Shown: in pieces, positions 50,803 through 61,774 of the stretch
How positions within the stretch are numbered: position 1 is the first letter of the stretch
Layout of the letters: each line of letters opens with the position of its first letter
Source: an uncultured delta proteobacterium
GTDB lineage: Bacteria > Desulfobacterota > RBG-13-43-22
NCBI GenBank assembly: GCA_963843145.1
Contig: CAWJJC010000022.1
Span: forward strand, 416,001-480,000
Direction: 5' to 3'
Length of the DNA: 64,000 bases
Made by a program: the position numbers and the translations under genes
The notes under the pieces: model-generated
Databases searched by the model: none
Seen by the model: only the letters and a program-made list of their open reading frames with translations
Told to the model about the DNA's origin: nothing

Positions 50803-52527
50803 TCACCGCTGATAGCGGTTGGTGATCGGCAGCCGCCAGTCCTTGCCGAAGGCCCGGGTGGTTATTTTGATGCCCGGCGGGCTTTGGCGGCGTTTGTATT
50901 CGTTGCGGTCCACCAGGCGGATTACCTTTTCCACCATGGCTTGATCAAATCCCCGACGGACCATCTCCTCCACCGAACAGCTTTCCTCCACATAGGCTTG
51001 AAGAATGGGATCCAGCAGGTCGTATTCGGGCAGGGAATCGGAATCCTTCTGATCGGGGCGAAGCTCCGCGGAAGGGGGCTTTTCCAGGACCCGTCGAGGC
51101 AGGAGTTCTTTCCCGGCCAGTTGGTTCCGGTAACGGCACAGTTCGTAGACCAGGATCTTGGGCACATCCTTTAACACGGCGAACCCTCCGGCCGTATCCC
51201 CGTACAGGGTGGAATAGCCCACGCCGGTCTCGCTTTTGTTGCCGGTGGTCAGCACCAGCCAGCCGAATTTGTTGGAAAGGGCCATCAGAATCGTTCCCCG
51301 GATTCGGGGTTGCAAGTTTTCTTCCGTCAATTCCTCCGGCAGCCCTTGAAAATGGGGATTCAGGACTTCCAGATAGGTTTGAAAAAGGGCGTCGATGGGA
51401 ATGACGGAAAAATGAATGCCGAGATTTTGGGCCAATTGCTCGGCGTCTTCCAGACTATGGGAAGAGGAAAAGCGGGTAGGCAGGGCGATGCCGTGCACCC
51501 GGGCGGGCCCCAGGGCATCGGCGGCCAGGACGGCGGTCAGGGAACTGTCCACCCCGCCGGAAAGACCCAGCACCACTTCCTTGAATCCGTTCTTGCGGAC
51601 GTAGTCTCTGGTGCCTAAAACGAGGGCCTGGTAGCCTTCCGCGGTACGGGGCAGCGGGACTTGCTTTTTAGCAACGGCGGAGACCGTTTTGGAAACCCGG
51701 GGAAGAGGCGGGATAAGGACCTCTCGCAGGGAACCGCTATCCTCTCGGGGTTGCTTTCGCCGCCGCGGATCAAATAGACGCCAGCGAAAGACTTCGGTCA
51801 GGTCCAGATCGGCCACCAGAAAATCTTCTTCAAATTGGGCGGCCCGGGCCAGAATTTCCCCCTGAGGTCCGAAGATCAGACTCTGCCCGTCGAAGATCAG
51901 TTCATCCTGGCCGCCCACCAGGTTGCAATAAACCAGATAGGAACGATTGTCCGCCGCCCGGGTGGCCAGCATCCGCTCCCGATCGCTTCCCTTGCCCAGG
52001 TAGAAGGGCGAGGAGGAGATGTTGATCAGCAGTTGGGCCCCGCCTGGGCCGGCCTGTTCCCGGGCCGGACCGTCCGGGTACCAGAGGTCTTCGCAAATAC
52101 TGACCCCGAAACAGGCCTCGCCTAATCGAAAGACGGCATTGTTTTGTCCTACCTTAAAGTAGCGATTTTCATCAAAGACGCCGTAATTGGGAAGCAATTG
52201 CTTATGATAAACCGCCTGGATCCGTCCGTCGGCCGCGACCAGGGCGCTGTTATAGAGATCGTCTTCCACCCAGAGACCGCCGATAATGGCCACTAACCCT
52301 TTCGTCTGGGGCAGGAGGTCCAGGAGGGTCTGCCGGGCGGCATAAACAAAATCCGGTTTCAGCAGCAGGTCCTCGGGCGGGTATCCGCTGACGGCCATTT
52401 CCGGAAAGGCCACCAGGTCCACTTCCTGCCTGCGGGCCAATTCCAACTGTTCTTCGATCTTCCGGCGATTTCCCGGAAGGTCACCCACGGTGGTGTTGAT
52501 CTGGGACAGGGCGATGCGCAGGTTCAT
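50803..52527 (-). CDS. nadE: Glutamine-dependent NAD+ synthetase
   Basis: Nitrilase domain (FPE, ICED) plus GLSGGVDS, GNKSE, PSAEL. Confidence 0.95.
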   Translation of the reverse strand: MNLRIALSQINTTVGDLPGNRRKIEEQLELARRQEVDLVAFPEMAVSGYPPEDLLLKPDFVYAARQTLLDLLPQTKGLVAIIGGLWVEDDLYNSALVAADGRIQAVYHKQLLPNYGVFDENRYFKVGQNNAVFRLGEACFGVSICEDLWYPDGPAREQAGPGGAQLLINISSSPFYLGKGSDRERMLATRAADNRSYLVYCNLVGGQDELIFDGQSLIFGPQGEILARAAQFEEDFLVADLDLTEVFRWRLFDPRRRKQPREDSGSLREVLIPPLPRVSKTVSAVAKKQVPLPRTAEGYQALVLGTRDYVRKNGFKEVVLGLSGGVDSSLTAVLAADALGPARVHGIALPTRFSSSHSLEDAEQLAQNLGIHFSVIPIDALFQTYLEVLNPHFQGLPEELTEENLQPRIRGTILMALSNKFGWLVLTTGNKSETGVGYSTLYGDTAGGFAVLKDVPKILVYELCRYRNQLAGKELLPRRVLEKPPSAELRPDQKDSDSLPEYDLLDPILQAYVEESCSVEEMVRRGFDQAMVEKVIRLVDRNEYKRRQSPPGIKITTRAFGKDWRLPITNRYQR

Positions 52528-52689
52528 AGGTCAAAGCTCCTTGCGAATTTGACCCAGTGTAGCATAAAGGGAAAGGAGTTGGCAACGAAAGGGACCGGGC
52601 AGCGCTAGAACCGGAAACTTTCTTTCATTGACACCCGATGGCTTTTTTGATTTAAGAGAGGCATAAAATCAGCGCCAAAGGGGATAGCC

Positions 52690-53526
52690 ATGTATGCGGA
52701 TTTGAAAGGTAAGACGGCCCTGGTGACCGGAGCGGGAAAGGAGACCGGAATCGGTTATGCCATCGGCCGGAAACTGGCCGCCTCGGGAATGAATATTATC
52801 CTGGCCGATCTGGGCCGCGAAGGGGCGGGTAACGGACCGGTCAAGACCGGGACTCGGGAAGAACTAGAAGCGCTTGTTAGAAAAGCGGCGGAGGAATATG
52901 GGGTGGGGGCCCTGGGGGTGGAAGTGGATGTGACCGCCAATGAATCCATCCAGAGGATGGTGGAAAAAATAAAAGAGCGGTTTAGCCGCATTGATGTGCT
53001 GGCCAATAATGCCGGCGCCTCCTTCGGTGTTCCCAATTTATTTCATACTTATAACGAAGCCGATTGGCTCAAGACGATCGACGTCAATCTGCACAGCGTC
53101 TTCCGGGTGACCCGGGCGGTGCTCCCTTTGATGACCAATAACGGGGGAAGCATCATCAACACCGCTTCCCGGGCCGGCAAGGTCCCGCCCTTGTTCAACG
53201 GGGCCTACGCCGTGGCCAAGGCCGGCTTGATCATGCTCACCAAAGTCATGGCCCAGGAATTGGCCGGAATGAATATCCGGGTGAACGCCATTTGCCCCGG
53301 CCAGGTGATGACCGATCTGGAAAAATGGCGATTCGGTCTGGAAGCGCAATTTTATTCCTGTACCAGCGAGGAGCGGGAACAGGCCATGTGCCAGACCATC
53401 CCCCTGCGCCGTATCGGGTCGCCGGAGGAAGTAGCCAATCTGGTCGCCTTTCTGGCCTCCCAAGAGTCATCCTATATGACCGGCCAGGCCGTCAATGTGA
53501 CCGGCGGGCAGTTGATGGAGCTGTAA
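52690..53526 (+). CDS. SDR family oxidoreductase
   Basis: TGAG...GIG, NNAG, YAVAK, NAICPG. Confidence 0.92.
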   Translation: MYADLKGKTALVTGAGKETGIGYAIGRKLAASGMNIILADLGREGAGNGPVKTGTREELEALVRKAAEEYGVGALGVEVDVTANESIQRMVEKIKERFSRIDVLANNAGASFGVPNLFHTYNEADWLKTIDVNLHSVFRVTRAVLPLMTNNGGSIINTASRAGKVPPLFNGAYAVAKAGLIMLTKVMAQELAGMNIRVNAICPGQVMTDLEKWRFGLEAQFYSCTSEEREQAMCQTIPLRRIGSPEEVANLVAFLASQESSYMTGQAVNVTGGQLMEL

Positions 53527-53668
53527 ACCCAGGATAAAGGATCGAGGATAAAGGAGAGTGATGAGCAAGGGGTTGTTGAACCGTCTGCTCTCTCTTCTTT
53601 ATCCCTATTCCTGATTCCTCCCTGGCGGGATATCACCCGCTCACCCCTAACCTGCAAAGGAGTTGAAC

Positions 53669-55363
53669 ATGGCCAATATTTCCGGCGGTCAGCTTACCGC
53701 TGAAGCGCTAATCGAAAGAAAGGTGGAATATGTTTTCACCTTGAGCGGGGGGCACATCACCCCGATTTATCAATACCTCGAAAATTCAGCGGTCCGGCTG
53801 TTTGACACGCGGCATGAACAGGCGGCGGTCTTCATGGCCGAGGCCTACGGCCGGCTGACCCGAAAACCCGGGGTGGCCATGGTCACTGCCGGGCCGGGTT
53901 TTACGAATTCGCTGACCGCCGTGGCCAGCGCCTACCTGGCCAATACCCCGCTGGTCCTGATCTCCGGTTGCGTGGGGATCGACAGTTGTGAGAAATTGGA
54001 CCTCCAGGATATGCGTCAGCTCCCGGTAATTGAGCCTATGGTCAAAAAGGCCCTGGTCTGCCAACGGACCGAACGGATCCCGGAGTATATCGATATGGCC
54101 TTCCGCACGGCCCGCAGCGGCCGTCCCGGGCCGGTTTACCTGGAGCTGCCGATTGATATATTAAACGGCTCGGTGGACCCCTACCAGGCCAAAAAAAGAA
54201 GAACCGACGTGGAGTCCCACCCGGTCGATCCGGACCAGGCGGCTATTTTGATTGATATGATTCGTCAGGCCCGGAAGCCGTTGGTCATTGCCGGCAGCGG
54301 GGCCTGGTATGCCGGGGCCGAAAAGGCCCTGATCGAATTTATTGAGAAAACCGGATTGCCGGTTTTTACCGCGGGGCTGGGACGGGGGACTATCCCGGAT
54401 ACCCATCCCCTGTGCTTTGAATCTTCGCTGGCCATTCGACCCGGAGCCGGTTTTTTTGCCTTTATGAATACCGATCTGGTTATTCTCCTGGGTAACCGCC
54501 TCAGCCTCTTTTATATTTTCGGTGAGGTCTTCAACCCCCAGGCCAAATTGGTCCAGGTGGATATCCAAGGGGAGGAGCTGGGGCGCAACCGGGCGGTGGA
54601 CCTGCCGGTGGTCAGTGACGTTCGGGCTTTGCTGACCGAATTGAACCGTCTGGTCGATCAACAGGGCGCGGCCGAAAGCCTGCGCCGGCAATTCGCCGGC
54701 TGGATAGACGAACTCAAGAAATCGGAAGCCGACAACAAGGCCATGTCTCGGCCCACCTGGGAAAGCGATCAGGTCCCCATCCATCCCTTACGGCTGGCCC
54801 GGGAGGTCGATGACTTCATGAACCGGGAGGAGGACATCGTTGTGGCCGACGGCGGCGATACCACCACCTGGATGGGGATGACTCGGACGGTCCGTCGTCC
54901 CGGTCACTATTTGGACTATGGTCTGTTCGGCTGCCTGGCCGTGGGACTGCCCTTTGCCAACGCCGCTCAGCTCCTGAATCCTGATAAACGGGTCTGCCTG
55001 CTGACCGGCGACGGGTCGGTGGGCTTCAATTTCATGGAGTTTGAGACGGCCCTTCGAAAACAATTGCCCATTGTGGTGGTCATCAACAACGACCTGGGTT
55101 GGGGCATGATCCGGCACAGCCAGGAAATCAAGATCGGGAGGGCCATCCCGGACGGCACCTTTATCGGGAAGGTGGATTACCACAAAATGGTCGAGGCCCT
55201 GGGCGGGCTGGGCCTGTTCGTAGAGCAGCCGGCGGCCATCCGGCCGGCACTGGAGGAGGCCTTTGCCTCGGGGAAAACAGCCTGCATCAACGTCATGACC
55301 GATCCCACGGTCATCAGCCCGGGAAGCATTGCCTTGGCTAATCTGGGGGGATATAAAGCCTGA
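53669..55363 (+). CDS. Thiamine-diphosphate enzyme (acetolactate synthase/2-hydroxyacyl-CoA lyase-like)
   Basis: RHEQAA, TAGPG, GDGSVG...NN. Confidence 0.88.
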   Translation: MANISGGQLTAEALIERKVEYVFTLSGGHITPIYQYLENSAVRLFDTRHEQAAVFMAEAYGRLTRKPGVAMVTAGPGFTNSLTAVASAYLANTPLVLISGCVGIDSCEKLDLQDMRQLPVIEPMVKKALVCQRTERIPEYIDMAFRTARSGRPGPVYLELPIDILNGSVDPYQAKKRRTDVESHPVDPDQAAILIDMIRQARKPLVIAGSGAWYAGAEKALIEFIEKTGLPVFTAGLGRGTIPDTHPLCFESSLAIRPGAGFFAFMNTDLVILLGNRLSLFYIFGEVFNPQAKLVQVDIQGEELGRNRAVDLPVVSDVRALLTELNRLVDQQGAAESLRRQFAGWIDELKKSEADNKAMSRPTWESDQVPIHPLRLAREVDDFMNREEDIVVADGGDTTTWMGMTRTVRRPGHYLDYGLFGCLAVGLPFANAAQLLNPDKRVCLLTGDGSVGFNFMEFETALRKQLPIVVVINNDLGWGMIRHSQEIKIGRAIPDGTFIGKVDYHKMVEALGGLGLFVEQPAAIRPALEEAFASGKTACINVMTDPTVISPGSIALANLGGYKA

Positions 55364-55424
55364 TTGACAGCTCGCCCGAAAAAATGTAATCATAATGTAG
55401 TAATTGATGTTAAGGGGGGCCATT

Positions 55425-55673
55425 ATGGTTAGAACGCAGATTCAATTGACCGACGATCAGGCCAAGACGGTCAAGAAGTTAGCCATAGCCCGTGGCGTCT
55501 CCATGGCTGAATTCATCCGTCAGGCGGTCGAGGGGGTTATTCACTCGAGTCCCGACATTGACCGGGAAGAACGGGTTAAACGGGCCAGGGACATAGCCGG
55601 GAAATTCAGTTCCGGGAAAAGCGACGTTTCCAGGAAACATGATGCCTATCTCGACGGGGCCTACCGACCATGA
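55425..55673 (+). CDS. CopG/RHH antitoxin
   Basis: RTQIQL, SMAEFIRQAV, HDAYL. Confidence 0.85.
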   Translation: MVRTQIQLTDDQAKTVKKLAIARGVSMAEFIRQAVEGVIHSSPDIDREERVKRARDIAGKFSSGKSDVSRKHDAYLDGAYRP

Positions 55674-56068
55674 GGGTATTTATCGACACCTCCTCCTTGT
55701 ACGCCTTGCTCGATCGGACGGATGAAAATCACCTGAAGGCCAAGCGGGAATGGAACCGAATCCTGGATGAGGACTATACCCTGGTGGCCAGCAACTATAT
55801 CCTCGTGGAGACCCTGGCCCTCCTTCAGAGCCGTATTGGGATGGAAGCGGTACGAGGATTTCAGGAAGATGTGTTTCCTCTGCTTTTCGTAGAGTTCATT
55901 ACCCCCAAGATTCACCGCCTGGGCACATCCGCTTTGCTTTCTTCATCCAGGAGGCGGCTGAGTTTCGTGGATTGTGTAAGTTTCGAGGTCATGCGGGAAA
56001 CCGGGATCCGAAAGGTGTTTGCCTTTGACCCCCATTTTAAGGAGCAGGGGTTTGAGGTCGTGCCGTAA
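55670..56068 (+). CDS. PIN-domain (VapC) toxin
   Basis: FIDTS, SFVDCVSF, FAFDPHF; ATGA overlap with the antitoxin. Confidence 0.9.
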   Translation: MRVFIDTSSLYALLDRTDENHLKAKREWNRILDEDYTLVASNYILVETLALLQSRIGMEAVRGFQEDVFPLLFVEFITPKIHRLGTSALLSSSRRRLSFVDCVSFEVMRETGIRKVFAFDPHFKEQGFEVVP

Positions 56069-56203
56069 CGGTTCTCTTGAATTTCTACTCCCCTTTCAAA
56101 TTAAGAAGAACGAATGAACGACGGTCAAGGGGGCGGGCCCCCGCTCCCGGCCCTTATCAGGGTAGGGAGCGGAAGGGCAATTTCCCTTTGCCGGGCCAGG
56201 CCC

Positions 56204-56302
56204 CTATTTCTTCTTTTTTTCTTGCTTGGCCTTCTTCTTTTCTTTGGCTGTTTTGGCCGGCTTCTTTTTTGCGTCCTTCTTGGCGTCCATTGATTTGGCC
56301 AT
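56204..56302 (-). CDS. 32-aa lysine-rich small protein MAKSMDAKKDAKKKPAKTAKEKKKAKQEKKKK
   Basis: AAGGAGG RBS, clean ORF, downstream GC hairpins. Confidence 0.7.
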   Translation of the reverse strand: MAKSMDAKKDAKKKPAKTAKEKKKAKQEKKKK

Positions 56303-56393
56303 GAGGTTCCTCCTTAAAAATTAAATTGATGGAGAATACCATTTTCGCCTTTTAAAAAAAATGGAAAAAAGTTACTTTTTCTAAAAAAAGCCG

Positions 56394-56704
56394 CTTCGCC
56401 CTTTTGGTGTGGGTACCCCCCAGATCTGGTCTGGCCGTCGGGTCTCGGCGAAAGGGTTTTCCAAAAGTGCTCCGGACTTTGAATCCGGGCCTAACTTACT
56501 AATTTTATTTGAAGCAGGCCCAAACTCGGAGTCTTTTGATGCTTCCCAGGTTGGCCCTGCCTCCGGGAAGATTTCGGAACACGGGGGCCGGGTTAGAGCC
56601 GAAAAGGCAATAAGGAAAACCCTTTCGCCGAGACCCGACGGCCACAGAGGCCTGATTTCAGTTTAAGCTACCAGGGGTTGCGGCCAGCTACCCCAAAGGG
56701 CGAA
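56394..56704 (+). ncRNA. Structured nested-inverted-repeat element, copy B
   Basis: Perfect 30-bp IR 56433-56462/56614-56643; homolog of 5355-5686. Confidence 0.6.
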
Positions 56705-56729
56705 CAACCTAATAAAAGGAGGCCTCCCG

Positions 56730-58199
56730 ATGAAATATGTCGCCGCCATCGATCAGGGGACCACCAGCACCCGATGCTTTCTCTTTGACCGGGCGGGACA
56801 GCCGAAGGCCGGGGCCCAACAGGAGCACCGGCAGATTTATCCGCGGCCGGGCTGGGTGGAGCATGACCCGGTCGAGATTTGGGATCGGACCCAGCGGGTG
56901 TTCGCCGAGGCCCTAGACTTGGTCCGGGCCGAACCGGGCGACCTGGCCGCCATCGGTATCACCAACCAGCGGGAGACGACGGTGATCTGGGAAAAGGCCG
57001 GCGGACGGCCGATCCACAACGCCCTGGTCTGGCAGGATACGCGCACGGCCGGCCTCTGTGCCGACCTGGCCGGGCAGGGCGGGCAGGACCGCTTCCGCCC
57101 CAAAACCGGCCTGCCGCTGGCCACTTATTTCTCGGGCCCGAAAATCCTCTGGCTGCTGGACCAGGTACCCGGCGCTCGGGAGCGGGCCGAGAACGGCGAT
57201 TTATTGTTCGGGACGATCGACACCTGGCTGGTCTGGAACCTGACCGGCGCTCATGTCACCGATGTGACCAACGCCGCCCGGACCCTGCTGATGAATCTGG
57301 AGACCCTGGATTGGGATGAAGACCTGCTTCGCGAACTGGGGGTGCCCCGAGCCCTGCTGCCCCGGATCGTTTCCTCGAGCGAGCTCTACGGAGTCACGCG
57401 CCAGGGCGTGCCGGTGTCGGGGATTCTGGGCGATCAACAGGCCGCCCTGTTTGGGCAGACCTGCTTCTCCCCGGGGGAGGCCAAGAACACCTACGGCACC
57501 GGTTGCTTCATGCTGCTCAACACCGGAGAAACCGCGGTGCCTTCGAAAAATGGCCTGTTGACCACGCTGGGGTACCAACTGGGGAAACAACCTCCGGTCT
57601 ATGCCCTGGAAGGCTCGATTGCCGTAACCGGCGCGCTGGTGCAATGGCTGCGGGACAACCTCGGTCTGATCGGGCAGTCCGCCGAAGTGGAGAAACTGGC
57701 CGGCTCCGTGGACGACAACGGCGGCATCTACTTCGTCCCCGCCTTCAGCGGCTTATATGCGCCTTATTGGAAGGACAGCGCCCGGGGGGCCATCGTCGGG
57801 ATGACCCGCTACGTGAACAAGGGGCATATCGCCCGCGCCGCCCTGGAAGCCACGGCCTATCAGACCCGCGAAGTTCTGGAGGCGATGAATAAAGACAGCG
57901 GCGTTCGGCTGAGCTCCCTGAGAGTGGACGGCGGGATGGTTCGCAACGAACTCCTGATGCAGTTCCAGGCGGACATCCTCCAGGTCCCGGTGACCCGACC
58001 CCGGATCTCCGAAACCACCGCGCTTGGGGCGGCGTATGCCGCCGGACTGGCGGTGGGCTTCTGGCCCAATCTGGAAGAACTGCGCCGGAACTGGCAGGCC
58101 GATAAAACCTGGCGGCCCCGGATGGGGGAGGAAGAGCGCGATCGGCTGTATCGTGGCTGGCAGAAGGCTGTCACCCGCACCTTTGATTGGATCGATTAA
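56730..58199 (+). CDS. glpK: Glycerol kinase
   Basis: [33 protein letters not shown]. Confidence 0.96.
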   Translation: MKYVAAIDQGTTSTRCFLFDRAGQPKAGAQQEHRQIYPRPGWVEHDPVEIWDRTQRVFAEALDLVRAEPGDLAAIGITNQRETTVIWEKAGGRPIHNALVWQDTRTAGLCADLAGQGGQDRFRPKTGLPLATYFSGPKILWLLDQVPGARERAENGDLLFGTIDTWLVWNLTGAHVTDVTNAARTLLMNLETLDWDEDLLRELGVPRALLPRIVSSSELYGVTRQGVPVSGILGDQQAALFGQTCFSPGEAKNTYGTGCFMLLNTGETAVPSKNGLLTTLGYQLGKQPPVYALEGSIAVTGALVQWLRDNLGLIGQSAEVEKLAGSVDDNGGIYFVPAFSGLYAPYWKDSARGAIVGMTRYVNKGHIARAALEATAYQTREVLEAMNKDSGVRLSSLRVDGGMVRNELLMQFQADILQVPVTRPRISETTALGAAYAAGLAVGFWPNLEELRRNWQADKTWRPRMGEEERDRLYRGWQKAVTRTFDWID

Positions 58200-58240
58200 C
58201 AGTTTGAGGAAGTGGATCAAAGAATGAGGAGGTAAAAATC

Positions 58241-59971
58241 ATGCCCAAGCAAAAAATGACCCCCAGCGAAGCGTTGGTCGAGACCCTGGTGGCCGAGGGG
58301 GTAAAAACAGTATTCGGGATCGTGGGTTCGGCCTTCATGGATGCCCTGGATTTATTCCCGGCGGCGGGAATCCGCTTTGTTTCCGTGGCCCACGAACAGG
58401 CTGCCGCCCACGCCGCCGACGGCCTGGCCCGGGTGACCGGTCGGCCCCAGGTCTGCATCGCCCAGAACGGCCCGGGGGCGGCCAATTTCGTGTCCGCCGT
58501 TACTGCCGCCTTCTGGGCCCACTCGCCGGTGGTGGCCATCACCCCGGAAACGGGTTCCCTGGGGATCGGGACCGGCGGCTTTCAGGAGCTGGACCAAATG
58601 GCCTGGTTCAAGGAGCAGACGGTCTACCAGGTGCGCGTCAATCGGCCGGAGCGAATGGCCGAGTTGGCCCGCCGGGCGTTTTATCTGGCCAAATTGGAAA
58701 ACGGACCGGCCCAGCTCAATATCCCCCGCGATTACTTTTACGGTTTGTGCGAGGATGAGATCTATCCCACTCTGACCGTCTCCCGGGGCAGCGGACCGCG
58801 GGAGGCCCTGGAAGCGGCCGCCCGGCTGCTGCTCAAGGCCAAAATCCCGGTCATTCTGGCCGGAGGCGGGGTCTCCCAGGGGAACGCGCTGGAAGAAGTA
58901 ATGGCCCTGGCCGAGTACCTCGGCGCCCCGGTGGCCAACACCTATCTGCACAATGACACTTTTCCGGGTGACCATCCGCTGGCCGTGGGACCCATCGGCT
59001 ACTGCGGCTCCAAGGCGGCCATGCGGACCTTAGCCCAAGCGGATGTGGTCCTGGCCCTGGGCACCCGCCTGGGCCCCTTCGGCACCCTGCCCCAGTATGG
59101 ATTGGACTACTGGCCTAAACAGGCCAAGCTTATTCAGGTGGACGTGAATGCCCGGGTCCTGGGCCTCAGTCGGAGGGTGGACGTGGCCAGCCCGGCGGAA
59201 GTGAAGGAATTCACCCGTGAAATGATCCTGCTGCTCAAAACCCGCAAGCCGGAGATAAAAGTTAATCGAAAACGCCTACGGGAACTGGAAAAAGCGAAGC
59301 AGGATTGGTCCGAGGAATTACGGAAGGAATCTTCCTCCACCGCCAAACTGATGCATCCCCGGAGATTTCTATGGGAGCTGTCCCGGGCCATCCCCCCGGG
59401 TTCCACCGTCACCACGGACATCGGCAATAATTCCTCCCTGTGCAATGCTTATCTGAAATTCACCGACGTTCGGCAGCACCTGGCCGCCCTGAGCTGGGGC
59501 AATTGCGGCTTTGCCTACGGGGCCGCCCTGGGGGCCAAGATCGGCCGGCCCAAGGTCCCGGTCTTTGCCTTCCAGGGAGACGGAGCCTACGGGATCAGCG
59601 GCCTGGCCGAAGTCATGACGGCGGTAAGGGAAAATATCCCGGTGATTGCCGTGGTGGCCAATAACCAGGAGTGGGGGGCGGAAAAGAAAAATCAGATCGA
59701 TTATTACGATAACCGTTTTGTGGGCGCTAACCTGCCGGGTAACCCGGATTACGCTCGGTTGGCGGAGGATATGGGGGCCAAGGGATATCGGGTGGAGGAC
59801 TACCGGGACGTGCCGGAGGTGGTGCGCGAAGCCGTCAAGTCCAACCGGCCCTGCGTGATCAACGCGCTGATCGAAGGCGGCGAAAAGGTCCTGGCCGAGC
59901 CCTTCCGGAGGGATGCCTTGAAAAAACCGGTGCGCCTTCTGCCTAAATACAAGCACTTGACGGTTCGATGA
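58241..59971 (+). CDS. xsc: Sulfoacetaldehyde acetyltransferase
   Basis: MTPSEA, FGIVGSAF, AQNGPG, WGAEKKNQ, EPFRRDALKKP. Confidence 0.88.
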   Translation: MPKQKMTPSEALVETLVAEGVKTVFGIVGSAFMDALDLFPAAGIRFVSVAHEQAAAHAADGLARVTGRPQVCIAQNGPGAANFVSAVTAAFWAHSPVVAITPETGSLGIGTGGFQELDQMAWFKEQTVYQVRVNRPERMAELARRAFYLAKLENGPAQLNIPRDYFYGLCEDEIYPTLTVSRGSGPREALEAAARLLLKAKIPVILAGGGVSQGNALEEVMALAEYLGAPVANTYLHNDTFPGDHPLAVGPIGYCGSKAAMRTLAQADVVLALGTRLGPFGTLPQYGLDYWPKQAKLIQVDVNARVLGLSRRVDVASPAEVKEFTREMILLLKTRKPEIKVNRKRLRELEKAKQDWSEELRKESSSTAKLMHPRRFLWELSRAIPPGSTVTTDIGNNSSLCNAYLKFTDVRQHLAALSWGNCGFAYGAALGAKIGRPKVPVFAFQGDGAYGISGLAEVMTAVRENIPVIAVVANNQEWGAEKKNQIDYYDNRFVGANLPGNPDYARLAEDMGAKGYRVEDYRDVPEVVREAVKSNRPCVINALIEGGEKVLAEPFRRDALKKPVRLLPKYKHLTVR

Positions 59972-60069
59972 AGAAATTTTCGGTGTTAGAAGTGCCCATT
60001 TTGATGGACACCGGGGACATTCGGTAATAGAATTTCTAATAAAGCTTTTAGCTGGAGGGAATTTTTTGT

Positions 60070-61161
60070 ATGGAGATCAAATGGGGAAGACTGGTCGGGC
60101 TGGTATTCATCGGGATCTGTCTCATCATTAACCCGGCGTCGGCCGCCCGGAAGAAAGCCGCGGTGAAGAAAGCGAAAGTGACGCAGAAAGAACCTGCGCG
60201 ACCTAAGCCGGCGGACGTCAATACCGCGCTGGTCTTTGGGAAGGCCGGAACGGATCCGGGCGAGTTCGAGACCATCGACGGCGTCTGGGTGGATGCCCGG
60301 GGCCGGATCCTGGTCGTCGACAAGGGGAATAACCGGATCAGCTTTTTTAATGGCGGCGGCCGGTTTTTGAAGTCTTTCGGGGAACCGGGTGAAGGACCGG
60401 GCCAGTTCAACCGGTGCACGGGTATCGTCATTGACCAGCGGCAGCGCATCATCATCTCCGACCAGGGCAATTTCCGCATCCAGGTCTTCGATGCGGATGG
60501 AAAATTCCTGACCGCTTTCGGACGCCAGGGAAACGGTGACGGGGAATTTCAGGAGCCCATGGGCCTGGCCCTGGACGCCCAGGGGCATCTTTACGTTGCC
60601 GACGGGACCCGGGGCGATGTTCAGGTTTTCGACGAAAATTTCACCTTTGTCCGGAAATTCGGGATCCTAAACCCGGATGCCGGACGAATGGAAATGATCG
60701 AGTCGGTGGCCGTCGGTCCCCCGCCCCAGCAGGAAGTTTATGTCTCCGACGAAAAGAATTCCCGCATCCAGCGTTTCAGTGCCGAAGGGGAGCACCTCGG
60801 GACACTCGGCAAACAGGGCTTCGGACCGGGGATGTTCGCCAAGGAAGTGGAAGGATTGACGTTCGATAATCTGGGATACCTCTACGCGATGGATGAAAGC
60901 GGCGGCAAGATCGAGGTCTTTGACCCGGAAGGCCGGCCGGTTCATTCCTTCGGCGGGGGATTGGGCATCCGGCCGGGCCAATTCAATTCACCGGATGGTC
61001 TTCATTACAGCCCCCTTTATAACAGCATCCTGGTCGCCGACCAGCGGAATCACCGCGTTCAGGTCTTTCATCTGGATGATATCTGGAAAAACAAGAAGCG
61101 GGTATCTCAAAAACAGGAGAACCGACAGACCGACCCTTCCCCCGATGACGGCCGGTCATGA
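60070..61161 (+). CDS. NHL-repeat beta-propeller exported protein
   Basis: Signal peptide, repeated G..G.F..P.G...D..N.RIQVF. Confidence 0.88.
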   Translation: MEIKWGRLVGLVFIGICLIINPASAARKKAAVKKAKVTQKEPARPKPADVNTALVFGKAGTDPGEFETIDGVWVDARGRILVVDKGNNRISFFNGGGRFLKSFGEPGEGPGQFNRCTGIVIDQRQRIIISDQGNFRIQVFDADGKFLTAFGRQGNGDGEFQEPMGLALDAQGHLYVADGTRGDVQVFDENFTFVRKFGILNPDAGRMEMIESVAVGPPPQQEVYVSDEKNSRIQRFSAEGEHLGTLGKQGFGPGMFAKEVEGLTFDNLGYLYAMDESGGKIEVFDPEGRPVHSFGGGLGIRPGQFNSPDGLHYSPLYNSILVADQRNHRVQVFHLDDIWKNKKRVSQKQENRQTDPSPDDGRS

Positions 61162-61175
61162 TCCTTGGGTACCGC

Positions 61176-61388
61176 TTAGTACGAAAATAATCTTGAATAC
61201 CGCTTTTTAGGCCTTTGTCTTGTGTCGTCATACCGGACTTGATCCGGTATCCAGGACCTCCGGAGCTTAACCGAGGCTGGATTCCGGATCGCGTCACGCC
61301 TTAGGCGTGACTTGTCTGGAATGACGAATCTTGGTCAATATTTTCATGATTCGCGGGTGCCCTGCGGGGCCGCAGACTTTATTACCAA
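61176..61388. repeat. Modular TACGAAAAT...ATTTTCATG repeat enclosing a CGTC-type REP pair (61226-61326)
   Basis: Ends resemble the 24092 and 47622 elements; cgtcataccggacttgatccggtatcca...ggaatgacg inside. Confidence 0.65.
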
Positions 61389-61438
61389 GGAGGCGTCCAC
61401 CTTGACCAGGGAATCTGACTTGGCGACGCTGTTCCCGA

Positions 61439-61774
61439 TCAAGTCGAGCGACTGGTTGGGCGTTGTCGCTCATCTTGCTCCTTTAGCCGCTTCCACCAAT
61501 AAAAAGGTCGCCTTTTTTGATGAGCACACGATACTATTCGATTAGGATCCGGGTAAACAGCATAGATCAGATTGTAGGGAAACCGCCACAAGGTCTTCCG
61601 CCGCATCCTCTTTCCTATTGGTTGGGAAGCCTCGGGGCTTTTTGAAATCTGATCGAGCGCTCGTTCCACCTCCCGAAGAAAGTCCGAGCCAAGCCCAGGC
61701 TTACGGACCTCATAGTACTGCGCCGCCTCTGTGATTTCGGCATCAGCATCGGGATGGAATACGATCAGTTTCAC
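61439..61774 (-). CDS. RelE/ParE family toxin (integron cassette)
   Basis: FHPDA..E..EAA.YY...GLG..F, RFPY, AHQKRRPFYW. Confidence 0.88.
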   Translation of the reverse strand: MKLIVFHPDADAEITEAAQYYEVRKPGLGSDFLREVERALDQISKSPEASQPIGKRMRRKTLWRFPYNLIYAVYPDPNRIVSCAHQKRRPFYWWKRLKEQDERQRPTSRST

